Counted from the stretch's first letter, positions 1 through 10,157 are shown. The stretch is DNA of 64,000 nt from Candidatus Eiseniibacteriota bacterium (GCA_041946735.1 JBHGAY010000013.1:32001-96000); one strand, 5' to 3'. Notes: a model not told the origin generated them from the sequence alone. A program made the numbers and translations.

Positions 1-724
1 CGTCATAGTCGACGAGGCTTCGCCCGAAGATCTCCGTCACGCGCTTCACCGTCCGGTCGAGGAAATAGCGGTCGTGCGAGACCAGGACGAACCCGCCGGG
101 ATAGTCCGCGAGGAAGCCTTCGAGCCAGACACGCGCCTCGATGTCGAGATGGTTCGTCGGCTCGTCGAGCAGCAGCACCTCCGGCGCGGACAGCAGAAGG
201 CGCGCGAGCGCGACACGCATCTGCCAGCCGCCCGAGAGCGCCCGCACCGGGCGGTCGAAGTCCTGCTCCCGGAAGCCGAGCCCGGTCAGCACCTGATGGA
301 CCTTCCGCTCGATCTCGTAGCCGCCGAGGTGCCGGAAGCGCTCTTCGATCTCCCCATGGCGCGCGAGCAGCCGCTCCGCCTCTTCGGCCGGAAGGTCCTC
401 CTGCAGCAGCCGCCGCTCGATCTCCTCGCGCTCCCATTTCCACGCGAGGACGGAGCGGAAGGCGAGACGCGCCTCCTCCAGCACGGACTGCGGTCCCGAC
501 TCGAAGCCAAACTGCGGGAGATACCCGACCGCCTGGTCCTTCGGCGACTGGATCGATCCGGAGTCGGGCGAGTCGAGACGCGCCATCATGCGCAGCAGGG
601 TCGACTTGCCCGTGCCGTTGCGACCGATCAGGCCGACCCGGTCCCGGTCTCCCAGAAACCAGTCGACCTCATCGAAGAGCACCTGCCCTCCGAACGATTT
701 CGACACTCTGTCCAGGCGGAGCAC
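1..724 (-). CDS. ABC-F family ATP-binding protein (N-terminal part, runs off the window edge)
   Basis: Hand translation from GTG at 724 gives MLRLDRVSKSFGGQVLFDEVDWFLGDRDRVGLIGRNGTGKSTLL (Walker A), then SGGWQMRVALAR...LLLLDEPTNHLD and VLVSHDRYFLDR. Not in the ORF track because it has no stop inside the window. Confidence 0.9.
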   Translation of the reverse strand, partial: MLRLDRVSKSFGGQVLFDEVDWFLGDRDRVGLIGRNGTGKSTLLRMMARLDSPDSGSIQSPKDQAVGYLPQFGFESGPQSVLEEARLAFRSVLAWKWEREEIERRLLQEDLPAEEAERLLARHGEIEERFRHLGGYEIERKVHQVLTGLGFREQDFDRPVRALSGGWQMRVALARLLLSAPEVLLLDEPTNHLDIEARVWLEGFLADYPGGFVLVSHDRYFLDRTVKRVTEIFGRSLVDYD

Positions 725-787
725 GGCGCGCGACCCCCTCGTGAATCCAAGAACGAAGCACCGGCGACCACGACGACCCCCAGTCGA

Positions 788-817
788 TTGCCGAACCGAG
801 GCTCGCTCTGCTATCGT
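788..817 (+). promoter_or_regulatory. putative sigma70 promoter for the S8 peptidase gene
   Basis: TTGCCG (788-793), 18 bp spacer, TATCGT (812-817), with an extended -10 TG at 809-810. Confidence 0.45.
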
Positions 818-937
818 CGTCGGTTACGAAAACGTGCGAGTCCCGCCACGAGCCGCGCGCGGGTTCCCCGGCTATGGCGGACACCGGTTCATGAAACCTT
901 ACGGGATCGCTTCCGTCCAGGAAGACTTGGGGGGCTC

Positions 938-3106
938 ATGTCGAACAGCCGACGTTCCCGCTTCTGCTCCGCGATCGTGCCGCACCTCCCCGCTTTCCCC
1001 ATCCTCTCGGCCCTGGTCGTCGCCCTGGCGGGACTGATGGTCGCCTCGGTGGCCGCCGTCGAGTCCGCGCAGGCCGGCGCGATCGAGCCCGACTTCGCCG
1101 CGCGGCTCGCCGCAATGCCGCCCGGCGAGACCGTTTCCGGGCTCGTGATGCTGGCCGAGCAGCCGGACGTCCGCCAGATGGAGCGCGAGATGGGAGAGCG
1201 GGGAATCGCCTCTCGCTGGCGCCGGCATCAGTACGTCGTCGAGCACGTTCGCGACCTCGCCTCTCGCTCCCAGGCGGCCCTGCTCGGCATGCTCAGCGAT
1301 GCGCAAGCGCAGGGAACGGTTCGCTCCGTCGCGTCGTTCTGGGTGACCAACATGATCGCGGTCGAGACGACGCCCGAGCTGTTCGAGCGGATCGCGGCGC
1401 GCGCCGACGTCGGGACGATCTACGAGAACGCGCCGATCGAGCTGCGCCTCGGGTGGCCGGACGACGGCCCGAACGGCGCGGGGAGCGTCGACGGGACGCG
1501 CGCCCTCGGCAACGGCATGGACGGAGACAACCCGATCCTTCCCGACAATCTCGTCTGCGTGAACGTTCAACCTGCCTGGGATCAAGACCTCAAGGGACAG
1601 GGACGTCTCGTCGCCGACTTCGACACGGGCGCCGACGGCAACCACCCCGCCTTCGCGAGCCGCTGGCGCGGCGCGCAGCCGGGCGTCGACTGGTCCTGGG
1701 CCTGGAAGGATCCGTACACCAACACCCAGTTCCCCTACGATCACGCGATCCACGGAACACACACGCTCGGGATCATGGTCGGCGAGAAGCCCGACGGCAC
1801 GCCGATCGGCGTCGCCCCCGGGGCGGAGTGGATCGCCGCCGGGATCCTCATCGACTACAACGTTCAGCTGATCATCGAGTGCTACCAGTGGGCGATCGAT
1901 CCCGACGGAGACCCGAGCACGATCGTCGACGTCCCGGACGTGATCAACAACTCCTGGGGCACGAGCGGCAACTGCGACCCGACCTACTGGGGAGCAATCG
2001 ACGTCGTCGAGGCGGCGGGAATCGTCAACACGATCGCGGTCGACAACACCGGCCCCTCTCCCGGCAGCGTCAACAGCCCGGAGAGCCGGTGCGACACGCC
2101 CAACGTCAACTGGGGGGTCGGAAACGTGAACCCGCACATCGAGGGATACCCGATCGCGAGCTCCAGCGGGCGCGGTCCCTCCCCGTGCGACGGCGTCTCG
2201 ATCAAGCCGGAGGTCACCGCTCCGGGCACGCAGATCTACTCGACCTTGCCGGGCAATTCCTATGGCAACCTGAGCGGCACCTCGATGGCTTGCCCGCACA
2301 CCTCGGGGGCGGTCGCGATCCTGCGTCAGGTCAATCCCGATCTCACCGTCGACGAGGTGAAGACGGCGCTGATGGCGACCGCGGTCGACAAGGGAACGGC
2401 CGGCGAGGACAACGACTACGGCTGGGGGATCATCGACATCGGCGCGGCGGTCGCCTACGTGCAGCAGACCCTGCCGGCCCTGCCTCCCCGCAATTTGGTC
2501 GCGCTGGCTGACAGCAACGACGTCCACTTGAGCTGGGAAAGGCCGGAATCGCTCGATCCGGGCAATCCCCTCCAGCAGTACCGCATCTACCGCGCGGCTG
2601 CCGGCGATTCCTTCCCTCCCGACCCGATCGCGGAGGTCGGAGTTCTTGCCGCCTTCCCGTCGTACGACGACCTCGACCTTTCCGCCGGGCAGTACCGCTA
2701 CGTCGTCACGGCGGTCTACGCGCGCGGCGAGAGCGGACCGTCGAACGAGGCCGACGTCGCGATCGACGCGTCGTCGTCGGTGGCGGACCTGGGCGCGGCC
2801 GCCGCTTCGCTCGTGCTCGGCGTCAGCCCCAACCCGTTCCAGCCGCGGACGGTGATTCGCTATCGCGCGCTCGGGACGTCGCCGATCGCCCTCGCCGTCT
2901 ACGATCCGTCCGGGAAGCGCGTGCGGGTTCTGGCGGAGGGACGTTCCGGCGACGCGAACGCCGGCGGGGTGGAGCGCGGCGCATCCGGATCTCTCGTATG
3001 GGACGGGACGGACGACGCCGGACGACGCCTGGCGAGCGGCGTGTACTTCGTGAAGCTCGAGCAGGCGGGCGTGGCGCGGACCGAGCGGGTGAGCCTGTTG
3101 AAGTAG
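938..3106 (+). CDS. secreted S8 subtilase with propeptide, FN3-like domain and C-terminal FlgD-Ig/T9SS-CTD-like domain
   Basis: Catalytic motifs DFDTG, HGTHTLG and GTSMACPH; hydrophobic signal region; C-terminus SPNPF...VYDPSGKRVR...WDGTDDAGRRLASGVYF. The upstream extension to 74 is antisense to ABC-F, so the start is placed at ATG 938. Confidence 0.9.
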   Translation: MSNSRRSRFCSAIVPHLPAFPILSALVVALAGLMVASVAAVESAQAGAIEPDFAARLAAMPPGETVSGLVMLAEQPDVRQMEREMGERGIASRWRRHQYVVEHVRDLASRSQAALLGMLSDAQAQGTVRSVASFWVTNMIAVETTPELFERIAARADVGTIYENAPIELRLGWPDDGPNGAGSVDGTRALGNGMDGDNPILPDNLVCVNVQPAWDQDLKGQGRLVADFDTGADGNHPAFASRWRGAQPGVDWSWAWKDPYTNTQFPYDHAIHGTHTLGIMVGEKPDGTPIGVAPGAEWIAAGILIDYNVQLIIECYQWAIDPDGDPSTIVDVPDVINNSWGTSGNCDPTYWGAIDVVEAAGIVNTIAVDNTGPSPGSVNSPESRCDTPNVNWGVGNVNPHIEGYPIASSSGRGPSPCDGVSIKPEVTAPGTQIYSTLPGNSYGNLSGTSMACPHTSGAVAILRQVNPDLTVDEVKTALMATAVDKGTAGEDNDYGWGIIDIGAAVAYVQQTLPALPPRNLVALADSNDVHLSWERPESLDPGNPLQQYRIYRAAAGDSFPPDPIAEVGVLAAFPSYDDLDLSAGQYRYVVTAVYARGESGPSNEADVAIDASSSVADLGAAAASLVLGVSPNPFQPRTVIRYRALGTSPIALAVYDPSGKRVRVLAEGRSGDANAGGVERGASGSLVWDGTDDAGRRLASGVYFVKLEQAGVARTERVSLLK

Positions 3107-3153
3107 GCCGCGGCGGAGCGTTACGGCGCCGGCGCACCCGCCCCGGCGAGGAG

Positions 3154-3969
3154 CTACTCCTCGCCCGCGCTCGCGGACAGCTCGTCGAGAAGCGTGCGGA
3201 GCCATCTCTCCGCACGCTTCGCCTTTTGCGCCAAATCGTCCATGTCGGCGACGAACCAGAGCGGCGTCAGGCGCGCGAGCACTTTCGACGGCAGCTCGTA
3301 GTGCACGTAGCGGACGCCGAAGTCGAAGTGGAGCGGCTGATGCTTCATGCGCAGCGCCTCGGTCAGCGTGTCGATGTAGAGGCGCTGATAGTTCGATACC
3401 GCCTCGATCGCGTTGCCGCGCTGGATCTCCTTCTCGACGAAGCAGCCGAAGAAGGCGACGCGGGCGCGCAGCCGCTCGAGCCGCTGGCGCATGCGGCGGC
3501 GATGGGCCGCCGCGTCGAACGGTCCCGCCTCGCCCGCGCCCGGCTTGCGGAACGCGAAACGCGGCTGCCCGTGGATCGAAGGCTCGAGGTACTTGTCGGG
3601 AGCGGAGTGCTTGAAGATCGCGAGATCGACCATCAGGAAGCGGCTCGCGCGAACGAGACGGTAGAACCCTTGCTCGTAGGCGTGGTCGGGCGGGAACGGC
3701 ATGATGAGCTTCTGTTCGATCCCGCCGAGGGCATCGAGCGTCCGCTCGACCGCTTCGAAAACCTCGCCCGCGTGTCCGTCCTCCGCGTCGACGTTGACGT
3801 CGATGTCGGACCATCGATCGACCCGGTCGAAACTGACCGCCCCCGCCTCCCACATCGAATAGACGGGCGGCAGCGACTCGAGCGCGTTGCGCAAGGCAAC
3901 GAAGATCTCCTCGCGCTTGACAGACCGGTGCGGCAGCGCCGCGCTCTCCTCGAAGGCGCCTCCGCTCAC
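3154..3969 (-). CDS. Pol-beta-superfamily nucleotidyltransferase domain protein
   Basis: WEAGAVSFDRVDRWSDIDV resembles the G[S/A]...DxD NTase motif, followed by a helical C-terminal domain; the GTG start overlaps the upstream stop (GTGA). Confidence 0.65.
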   Translation of the reverse strand: MSGGAFEESAALPHRSVKREEIFVALRNALESLPPVYSMWEAGAVSFDRVDRWSDIDVNVDAEDGHAGEVFEAVERTLDALGGIEQKLIMPFPPDHAYEQGFYRLVRASRFLMVDLAIFKHSAPDKYLEPSIHGQPRFAFRKPGAGEAGPFDAAAHRRRMRQRLERLRARVAFFGCFVEKEIQRGNAIEAVSNYQRLYIDTLTEALRMKHQPLHFDFGVRYVHYELPSKVLARLTPLWFVADMDDLAQKAKRAERWLRTLLDELSASAGEE

Positions 3970-6392
3970 CGGACGACCCACACGCGCGCGGTCGACCCGC
4001 CTGACTGCTTCAGGATGTAGAGTCCCGACGGCACGTCGCGCCCGCCGTCGTCTTTCGCGTCCCAGTCGAGCAGGCCGTACCCGACCGGAGCGTTCCACTC
4101 GATCGTCCGCACCCGGCGGCCCGTCGCCGTGAAGATCTCGATTCGTTGCGCGGCCTCGCTCAAGGAGACCAGCGGAATCGTGAGGGTGCCGGTGGCGGGA
4201 TTCGGGTACGGCTTGCCGAGGAGCGACCGGCCGGGCATGGCGACGTTCGCGACGACCGGCCCTTCCTGATAGCGCAGGACGCCGTTGCGGAACTGCAGCT
4301 CGAGAACGTAGGAGTAGGACCCCGGCGCGCCGGGACGATCCAGCCAGCGGCGCACTCCGCGATCGATCAGCACGCCGTCGAGCCGCTCCGAGTCCTGGCC
4401 GTGAATCCGGTAGAGGTGGAAGCCGTGGAGCGCGTTCTGCCCGAAGTAGGAAGCGTCGACATCCAGGTCCCAGGAGATCGTGACCGATCCGGTCGGATCG
4501 GGAGTCGCCTCGAAGCGGGTCAGCGCGTAGGGACGCCCGACGGTGAGCAGGAGCGCGCGATCGACTTCGATCCCTCCCTCCTCGATCCCGAGGAAGATCC
4601 GGAACTCGCCGAGCGCGACGCCCTCGGGGCGCTCGGGCAGGACGACCCGCGCGAGCGACGGAACGAGCACCGAGTCGCCCGGCGCGATGGGGCCGACCGC
4701 GACCACCTCGTCTCCGGTGATCGCGAGCTCCTCGTCATGGCTCTCGATCGAAAGGAGCGCCTGCTCGGACGCGGTCGGCCCGACGTTCGCCAACCAGACG
4801 CCGAGCGTGCCGTGCTCCTCCCAGCCGGGGTGGCCGTCTCCGGCGCCCTCCTCCTGCCAGACGAGGCGCAGCGTTTGCAGGCGCGCGGCGCGGGAGCGTA
4901 GCGCGCGCAGCCCGTCCGGCACTCCCCAGCCCTCGTCGGAGTTCGGCTGCGAGCTTCGATCGCCGGAGTCGCGCAAGCGAGCGAGCAGGCTGTCCGGAGT
5001 CCAGTCGGGCCGCGCTTCGAGCAGCAGCGCCGCCAGACCGGCCATGAGTGGCGTCGCGAGGGAGGTGCCGCTCACCCGCGCGTAGGAGTCGAGGTCGATC
5101 GAGCTGGCGCAGAAGGTGGAGAGGCCGAGCGCCATGAGATCCGGCTTCGTGCGACCGTCGCCAGTAGGGCCGCGGCTGCTGAATCGCACGACTCCCCCGG
5201 CGAAGTCGCACGCTCCGACCGATAGGACCCTTTGGCCGTCGGCCGGGCAGATCAGAGACTGAGCCTCCGGCCCCTCGTTGCCCATCGCGGTCACGACGAG
5301 CATCCCGCGATCCGCCGCCTGGTCGGCGGCGAGTGTGATCGGGATCGTGTCGCCGTCGAGATCCTCGATCGGGTACTCCTCGCCCCCGTCGAAGTCCCGG
5401 TATCCGAGCGAGGTGGAGACCAGATCGGCGCCGAGGCTGTCGGCCCACTCGAGCGCGGCGATGTAGTTGTCCTCTTCCTGGTGGACTTCCTGCGCGACGT
5501 CCTCCGTGCGGGCAAGCAGGAAGGAGGCCCGATAGGCGGGGCCGATCAGGATCGACGGCGCGAAGCCGGCCGCCGCCGACCAGGTATAGGTGCCGTGCGC
5601 GAGAGGATCCTCGACCCTCGCGAGACGTTGGTCGCACGGATCGTTCGGGTCGTAGCCCGGATCGTCGTCGCCGCAAACGAAGTCGCGCTGGCCCGCGATC
5701 GAGAGGAAGCCGAGCGACTCGTGCGCGCGGAGGAAGCCGGTGTCGAAGATCGCGACGAGGACGCCGGCGCCGCCCCAGCCGCGGGCGTGAAGCTCGGGGA
5801 CGCCGAGCATCTCGAGCTGCTCCCACGCGTAGCCGTAGTCGGCGCCTTCGAGAAGCGCGGGGTCGATGTCCGCGCCGGACTGTGGCGGCGCGGGCGCGTG
5901 CCGTTCGCGCGTGCCGCCCGCCTGCCCAGGACCGACCGGCTGAGGAGGCGGGACGGCGACGTCGGCCGGCTCGACCGGGCGGACGAAGCGCGTCACCGGC
6001 CGCACGCCGCGCACCCGCGGGTCGCGGGCGAGCTCGCGGGCCTGCTCCGCGGTGAGGACGGCGGAGACGGCCTCGAGCCAGCGCGAGCGCTGGCGCATCG
6101 CGATCCCCCGCTCGATCAGCGGGGCAAGCTGCGCATCGGTGAGATCATGGTCGCTCGCCGCTTCCCCGGGCCGGTGGCCGACCTTCGCGAGCCGGCGCGC
6201 GGCCCGCTCGGTCAGCGCGACCGGAGCGGCCGCCCGATCCGGATCGGGAGCGAGGTAGACCCAGTAGACGCGCGGAGCCTTCGACGGCGGAGCCGCGGCG
6301 GCGGCCTCCGGCGGTGACCCGGCCACGACAGTCACGCCCGCTCCGGCGGCCAGCGCGAGGAGCAGCAGCGTCGCGAGAGCGGCCCGAGTCAT
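3966..6392 (-). CDS. secreted S8 subtilase with C-terminal FlgD-Ig/T9SS-CTD-like domain
   Basis: Signal peptide MTRAALATLLLLALAAG; IFDTGF, HGTYTWS, AMGNEG, GTSLATP; C-terminus PYPNP...GRRVR...WDAKDDGGRDVPSGLY; ATGA overlap with the upstream gene. Confidence 0.9.
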   Translation of the reverse strand: MTRAALATLLLLALAAGAGVTVVAGSPPEAAAAAPPSKAPRVYWVYLAPDPDRAAAPVALTERAARRLAKVGHRPGEAASDHDLTDAQLAPLIERGIAMRQRSRWLEAVSAVLTAEQARELARDPRVRGVRPVTRFVRPVEPADVAVPPPQPVGPGQAGGTRERHAPAPPQSGADIDPALLEGADYGYAWEQLEMLGVPELHARGWGGAGVLVAIFDTGFLRAHESLGFLSIAGQRDFVCGDDDPGYDPNDPCDQRLARVEDPLAHGTYTWSAAAGFAPSILIGPAYRASFLLARTEDVAQEVHQEEDNYIAALEWADSLGADLVSTSLGYRDFDGGEEYPIEDLDGDTIPITLAADQAADRGMLVVTAMGNEGPEAQSLICPADGQRVLSVGACDFAGGVVRFSSRGPTGDGRTKPDLMALGLSTFCASSIDLDSYARVSGTSLATPLMAGLAALLLEARPDWTPDSLLARLRDSGDRSSQPNSDEGWGVPDGLRALRSRAARLQTLRLVWQEEGAGDGHPGWEEHGTLGVWLANVGPTASEQALLSIESHDEELAITGDEVVAVGPIAPGDSVLVPSLARVVLPERPEGVALGEFRIFLGIEEGGIEVDRALLLTVGRPYALTRFEATPDPTGSVTISWDLDVDASYFGQNALHGFHLYRIHGQDSERLDGVLIDRGVRRWLDRPGAPGSYSYVLELQFRNGVLRYQEGPVVANVAMPGRSLLGKPYPNPATGTLTIPLVSLSEAAQRIEIFTATGRRVRTIEWNAPVGYGLLDWDAKDDGGRDVPSGLYILKQSGGSTARVWVVR

Positions 6393-7501
6393 CGTCCCTC
6401 TCCTTGCGTGCGGAGATATCCGGCAAAGCGATCGAGGAAGCGGGCGACGTCCGCTTCGGGCGCCCCCGCGCCGATCCGGACGTGGTCGGGGCGGTCGAAG
6501 AACCGGCCGGGAACGAGCGCCACCTGCGCTTCGGCGAGGGCGCGCCGGCAAAGCGTGTCGGCGTCCGGGATGGCCGGCGTTCCCTTCCAGCGCGGGAAGG
6601 CGAGAATGCCGTGCGGCGGCATTCCTCCCTCGAAGAGGTCCTGCTTCTCGAAGAAGCGTGCGAGCGCCGCCCGGTTCGCTGCGACGCGCCGCAGCAGGCG
6701 CGCGCGGATCGCGTCCATCTTCGTCGTGTTTGCGAGCAGGCGCGCGCCGAGCGATTCCGACACGTAGGGATGGTTCACGCCGAGGTTGTCGTGGATCCGC
6801 TTCGCCCGCTCGATCAGCTCGGGTGGGCCGATCCCCCAGCCGATCCGAAGCGCCGAGAGGCCGAAAGGCTTCGTCAGGCTCGACGTGACGCAGATGGCGG
6901 GATGCGCGCGCGCCGCGCATCCCGGCGGATCCTCGCCGAGAAGCTCGCGATACGCCTCGTCGACGATGAGCAGACCGTCCTGCGCCTCGCACGCATCGGC
7001 CATTGTGACGAGAGTCGCGTCGGGGACGACCGCGGCGGTCGGATTCTGCGGGTTCGTCAGTACGACCGCCCGGAATCCGGCCGTGTCGGCCTTCAGCGTC
7101 TCGAGAATCGGCGCGTGCCCGTGGGGCCCGTCGATCGGCTGCAGGACGATCCGCGCCTCGAGCGCGCGCAGCACCGCGCCGATCGGCTCGTAGTACGGCT
7201 CCTCGAGGAGGACGCGGTCCCCGGGACGGATCCAGGAAGCGAGGACGAGGAAGTTGGCGCCGCTGGCCCCTTCTGCGGTGAGGACGTTCTCCGGGGGGAC
7301 CCGATAGCGCGCGGCGATCGCGTCGCGCAGGGCGGGAAGCCCATCGGAGTTCAGCCCGAGGATCGGAATCCGCTCGAGACCTTCGAGGAGATCGGCGTCG
7401 GTCACGAGACCCCGGATGCCGCTGCTGGCCAGGTTCGCGATCGATTCGTCGTCCACGTGGGCCTTGGCCCAGGTCATGTATGCGATCGGCTCGAGTCGCA
7501 C
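6389..7501 (-). CDS. PLP-dependent aminotransferase, class I/II
   Basis: TNPQNPT, IVDEAY and SSLTKPFGLSALRIGW motifs; GGAGGAGG SD before GTG. Confidence 0.9.
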   Translation of the reverse strand: MRLEPIAYMTWAKAHVDDESIANLASSGIRGLVTDADLLEGLERIPILGLNSDGLPALRDAIAARYRVPPENVLTAEGASGANFLVLASWIRPGDRVLLEEPYYEPIGAVLRALEARIVLQPIDGPHGHAPILETLKADTAGFRAVVLTNPQNPTAAVVPDATLVTMADACEAQDGLLIVDEAYRELLGEDPPGCAARAHPAICVTSSLTKPFGLSALRIGWGIGPPELIERAKRIHDNLGVNHPYVSESLGARLLANTTKMDAIRARLLRRVAANRAALARFFEKQDLFEGGMPPHGILAFPRWKGTPAIPDADTLCRRALAEAQVALVPGRFFDRPDHVRIGAGAPEADVARFLDRFAGYLRTQGEGR

Positions 7502-7646
7502 GCCCCCTCCTCCGACCCACCCCGGTCGCGGAAGACGATAGCACCCGGGCAGGCGATGCGCCGGGCGAAAACTCGAAGCCCGCGGGGACGAAGGCTCCTC
7601 GCGGGCTCTGTTCGGCCTGCGCTGTCGGCGCCGTGCAGGCGAGGAT

Positions 7647-7691
7647 CGCTGGCGCGGGTCGCGCTGGCGCGGGTCGCGCTAGCGCGTGGCG
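7647..7691. repeat. 15-bp tandem repeat x3 spanning the helicase stop codon
   Basis: cgctggcgcgggtcg x2, then cgctagcgcgtggcg. Confidence 0.75.
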
Positions 7692-9235
7692 ACCGCTCCG
7701 GCTTCGCGATCCCGGCGCTGCATCGGAAGAGCGCTGCGCACTCGGTCGAACACGCCGCGCAGGATCCCGAGGGGCGCGGGCGCTTCGGCGGGCGGAGCGA
7801 GGGGACGGGCCGGGGCGCGACGCTCGGCCGGAGCTCGGCGCTCGGCCGGAGCTCGGCGCGGGCGCTCCTCGGCAGTCGCGCTTCGGCGCGGGCGCTCCTC
7901 GACGGCGGCGGACCGGCGCGGGCGCTCCTCGACGGAACGGCTCCGCGGGCCTTCCTCCACCACGACTCTCGCTGCGTGCGCGGTCGTGACCGTATCGACG
8001 ACCGCCCCGCCGGCCGCCGAACGGCGGCGACGGCGCCGCGATCGACGCGCGGGGGGCGCGACGTCCTCGGCCTGCGTCGCGGCACCCGTGGCCGTAGCCG
8101 CGACGGCGGGCGCGGGCACCGTCGCCCGCTGCTCGCCCCAGTACGGGATTCGGCGGGCGATCAGCCGCTCGATCGCCGCGACGGCTTTCATCTCCTCCGG
8201 GGAGACGAGCGAGATCGCAGTGCCGCGTCGCCCGGCTCGCGCGGTCCGCCCGATCCTGTGGACGTAGTCGGCCGCGGCGTGCGGGAGGTCGAAGTTCACG
8301 ACATGCGTCACGTCGTCCACGTCGAGCCCGCGGGCGGCGATGTCGGTGGCCACGAGGAACGGGACACGTCCTGCACGGAATCCTTCGAGCGCCTGCACGC
8401 GCTCGCTCTGGCTGCGGTCGCTGTGGATGGCCGAGGCCCGGAAGCCGCGCTCGCGCAGCTGCGAGGCGAGCCGGGAGGCGCCGGCCTTCGTCTTCACGAA
8501 GACGATCGTCCGCGTCATCCGCTCCTCGCGGATCAGCCGCTCCAGCGTGGAGCGCTTGCGCTCCCGCGGCGCCCCGACGAGGAACTGGTCGACCTGCTCG
8601 ATCGTGCTCGCCGGCGGGGCGACCTCGATCCGCATCGGATCGCGGAGGATGTCCCGGGCGAGCACCGCGACCGCCTTCTCGAGCGTCGCGGAGAAGAGCA
8701 TCGACTGGCGCTCCTGGGGGATCGATCCGACGATCTCGCGGACGTCGTCGATGAAGCCCATGTCGAGCATCCGGTCCGCCTCGTCGAGGACGAGGAAGGC
8801 CGTGTTGCGGTAGTCGATGTTGCCGCGCCACATGTGGTCGATCAGCCGCCCGGGGGTGGCGACGACGATGTCGACGCCGTGCCGCAGGTTCATCTCCTGC
8901 GGCTCGATCGGGACGCCGCCGAAGATCGTCGCCGTCCGGAGGCCGAGGTACTTGCCGTAGTCGGAGAAGCTATGGCCGACTTGGATCGCCAGCTCGCGGG
9001 TCGGCACGAGAACGAGCGCGCGCAGCGGCTTCGACTCTCCCTCCGCAAGCTTCTGGAGGATCGGCAGCGCGAAGGCCGCCGTCTTTCCGGTGCCGGTCTG
9101 CGCGCAGCAGATCAGGTCCTTCCCTTCGAGGGCCGGACGGATGGCGCGTTCCTGAATGGGGGTGGGATCGGTGTAATGGAGGTCCTGGATAGCGGAGAGG
9201 AGCTCGCTCCGGAGCCCCATGTCTTGAAAACTCAT
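7679..9235 (-). CDS. rhlE: DEAD-box RNA helicase (RhlE-like) with repetitive basic C-terminal tail
   Basis: Q motif PTPIQ, AQTGTGKT, PTRELA, LDEADRMLDMGF, FSAT, ARGLD, HRIGRTARAG. Confidence 0.92.
   Translation of the reverse strand: MSFQDMGLRSELLSAIQDLHYTDPTPIQERAIRPALEGKDLICCAQTGTGKTAAFALPILQKLAEGESKPLRALVLVPTRELAIQVGHSFSDYGKYLGLRTATIFGGVPIEPQEMNLRHGVDIVVATPGRLIDHMWRGNIDYRNTAFLVLDEADRMLDMGFIDDVREIVGSIPQERQSMLFSATLEKAVAVLARDILRDPMRIEVAPPASTIEQVDQFLVGAPRERKRSTLERLIREERMTRTIVFVKTKAGASRLASQLRERGFRASAIHSDRSQSERVQALEGFRAGRVPFLVATDIAARGLDVDDVTHVVNFDLPHAAADYVHRIGRTARAGRRGTAISLVSPEEMKAVAAIERLIARRIPYWGEQRATVPAPAVAATATGAATQAEDVAPPARRSRRRRRRSAAGGAVVDTVTTAHAARVVVEEGPRSRSVEERPRRSAAVEERPRRSATAEERPRRAPAERRAPAERRAPARPLAPPAEAPAPLGILRGVFDRVRSALPMQRRDREAGAVATR
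7821..7960. repeat. 30-bp and 18-bp coding tandem repeats in the helicase tail (EERPRRSA.. / RRAPAE)
   Basis: cggcgcgggcgctcctc recurs at 30-bp spacing; cgctcggccggagctcgg x2. Confidence 0.75.
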
Positions 9236-9605
9236 CTACTCTCTTTCTCTGCGTCGACAATCGCCGGTAGCCGCGGCCGTCTGCCGGGCCGGCATGGGGT
9301 GGTGCATCTCATCCTGTGGGTAACAGCCGGACACGCCTTCGGGTCCTGGGCAAGTGAGCCGGAACGCCGGGGACGATTCGAGGGAGCCGTCGAGGGATCG
9401 GCTGGGACGCGGGCGGCGCGGACGGGACGCTGTCGTTTTCGCCCGTTTCTTCCGGATCGCCCTTCTCTTCGCGATTGCTACCCGTTTCTGTTCGATCACA
9501 TTGCAGTATCGCCGAGGCCGGCGGCCGGCCGCAACGGTTTCTCGGGCTTTGTCCCTGGATTTGCCCGCCGCGCGAGGAACCGTCGCCTCCCTCTTGTGAA
9601 CTCGA

Positions 9606-10157
9606 TCACACGGCTGCGTCGCCGGCGCCCGCCTCCCGCAAGTCCTTCGCCAGGATCACGCTGACGTAGTTCGTCGAAGGCCAGTCCACCCTTTCGACGG
9701 CGCGATATCCCCGGCTCTCGTAGAGCCGAAGAAGGTGGGCGGCACCCTCCGCCGTATCGAGAGCGATCTCGCGCGCGCCAAGGCGGCGCGCACGGTCCTC
9801 GGCGAACGCCAGCAGGCGGCTCCCGATCCCCCGGCCCTGCAGCGCGGGCTCCACCGCGAACTGATGGACCGTCGCGAGCTGGGCGCGCTCGTAGTACGGG
9901 CAGCCGCCTGTCCGTCCCGGCGGAACGAGCGTGAGTGTCGCGACCATCGCTCCCCGGAGCCAGCCGACGTAGCACTCCCCCTTCCCGGCGCGCCGCGCCG
10001 TGATCGCGTCGTCCTGCCACGTGGCGACGTAGCGGAATCCCATGGCGAGAAGAGCCGCATAGGCGCGATGGAGCAGAGCCGTGAGATCGGAAAGCGAGTC
10101 CTGCTCGGCCAGCAGGCGGACGGCGATCGGCTCGCCCTCGCGCGGCTCGCTACTCAT
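9606..10157 (-). CDS. GNAT family N-acetyltransferase
   Basis: FAVEPALQGRGIGSRLL (motif A) and LYESRGY. Confidence 0.88.
   Translation of the reverse strand: MSSEPREGEPIAVRLLAEQDSLSDLTALLHRAYAALLAMGFRYVATWQDDAITARRAGKGECYVGWLRGAMVATLTLVPPGRTGGCPYYERAQLATVHQFAVEPALQGRGIGSRLLAFAEDRARRLGAREIALDTAEGAAHLLRLYESRGYRAVERVDWPSTNYVSVILAKDLREAGAGDAAV

Noticed and set aside
899..3853. Very long alternative ORFs (for example 899-3853, 6314-9664, 13415-16363, 29391-32246, 40726-43776, 47530-50019, 51301-53793)
   Set aside because: They lie antisense to clear genes, are R/A/G/P-rich and have no family motifs. This is expected from stop-codon scarcity in high-GC DNA.
6393..8831. Apparent 1621-aa giant protease (3966-8831), and similar N-terminal extensions at 74, 13396, 18742 and 54081
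   Set aside because: The extensions overlap other real genes in different frames. Signal peptides and SD or overlap signals mark the shorter starts.
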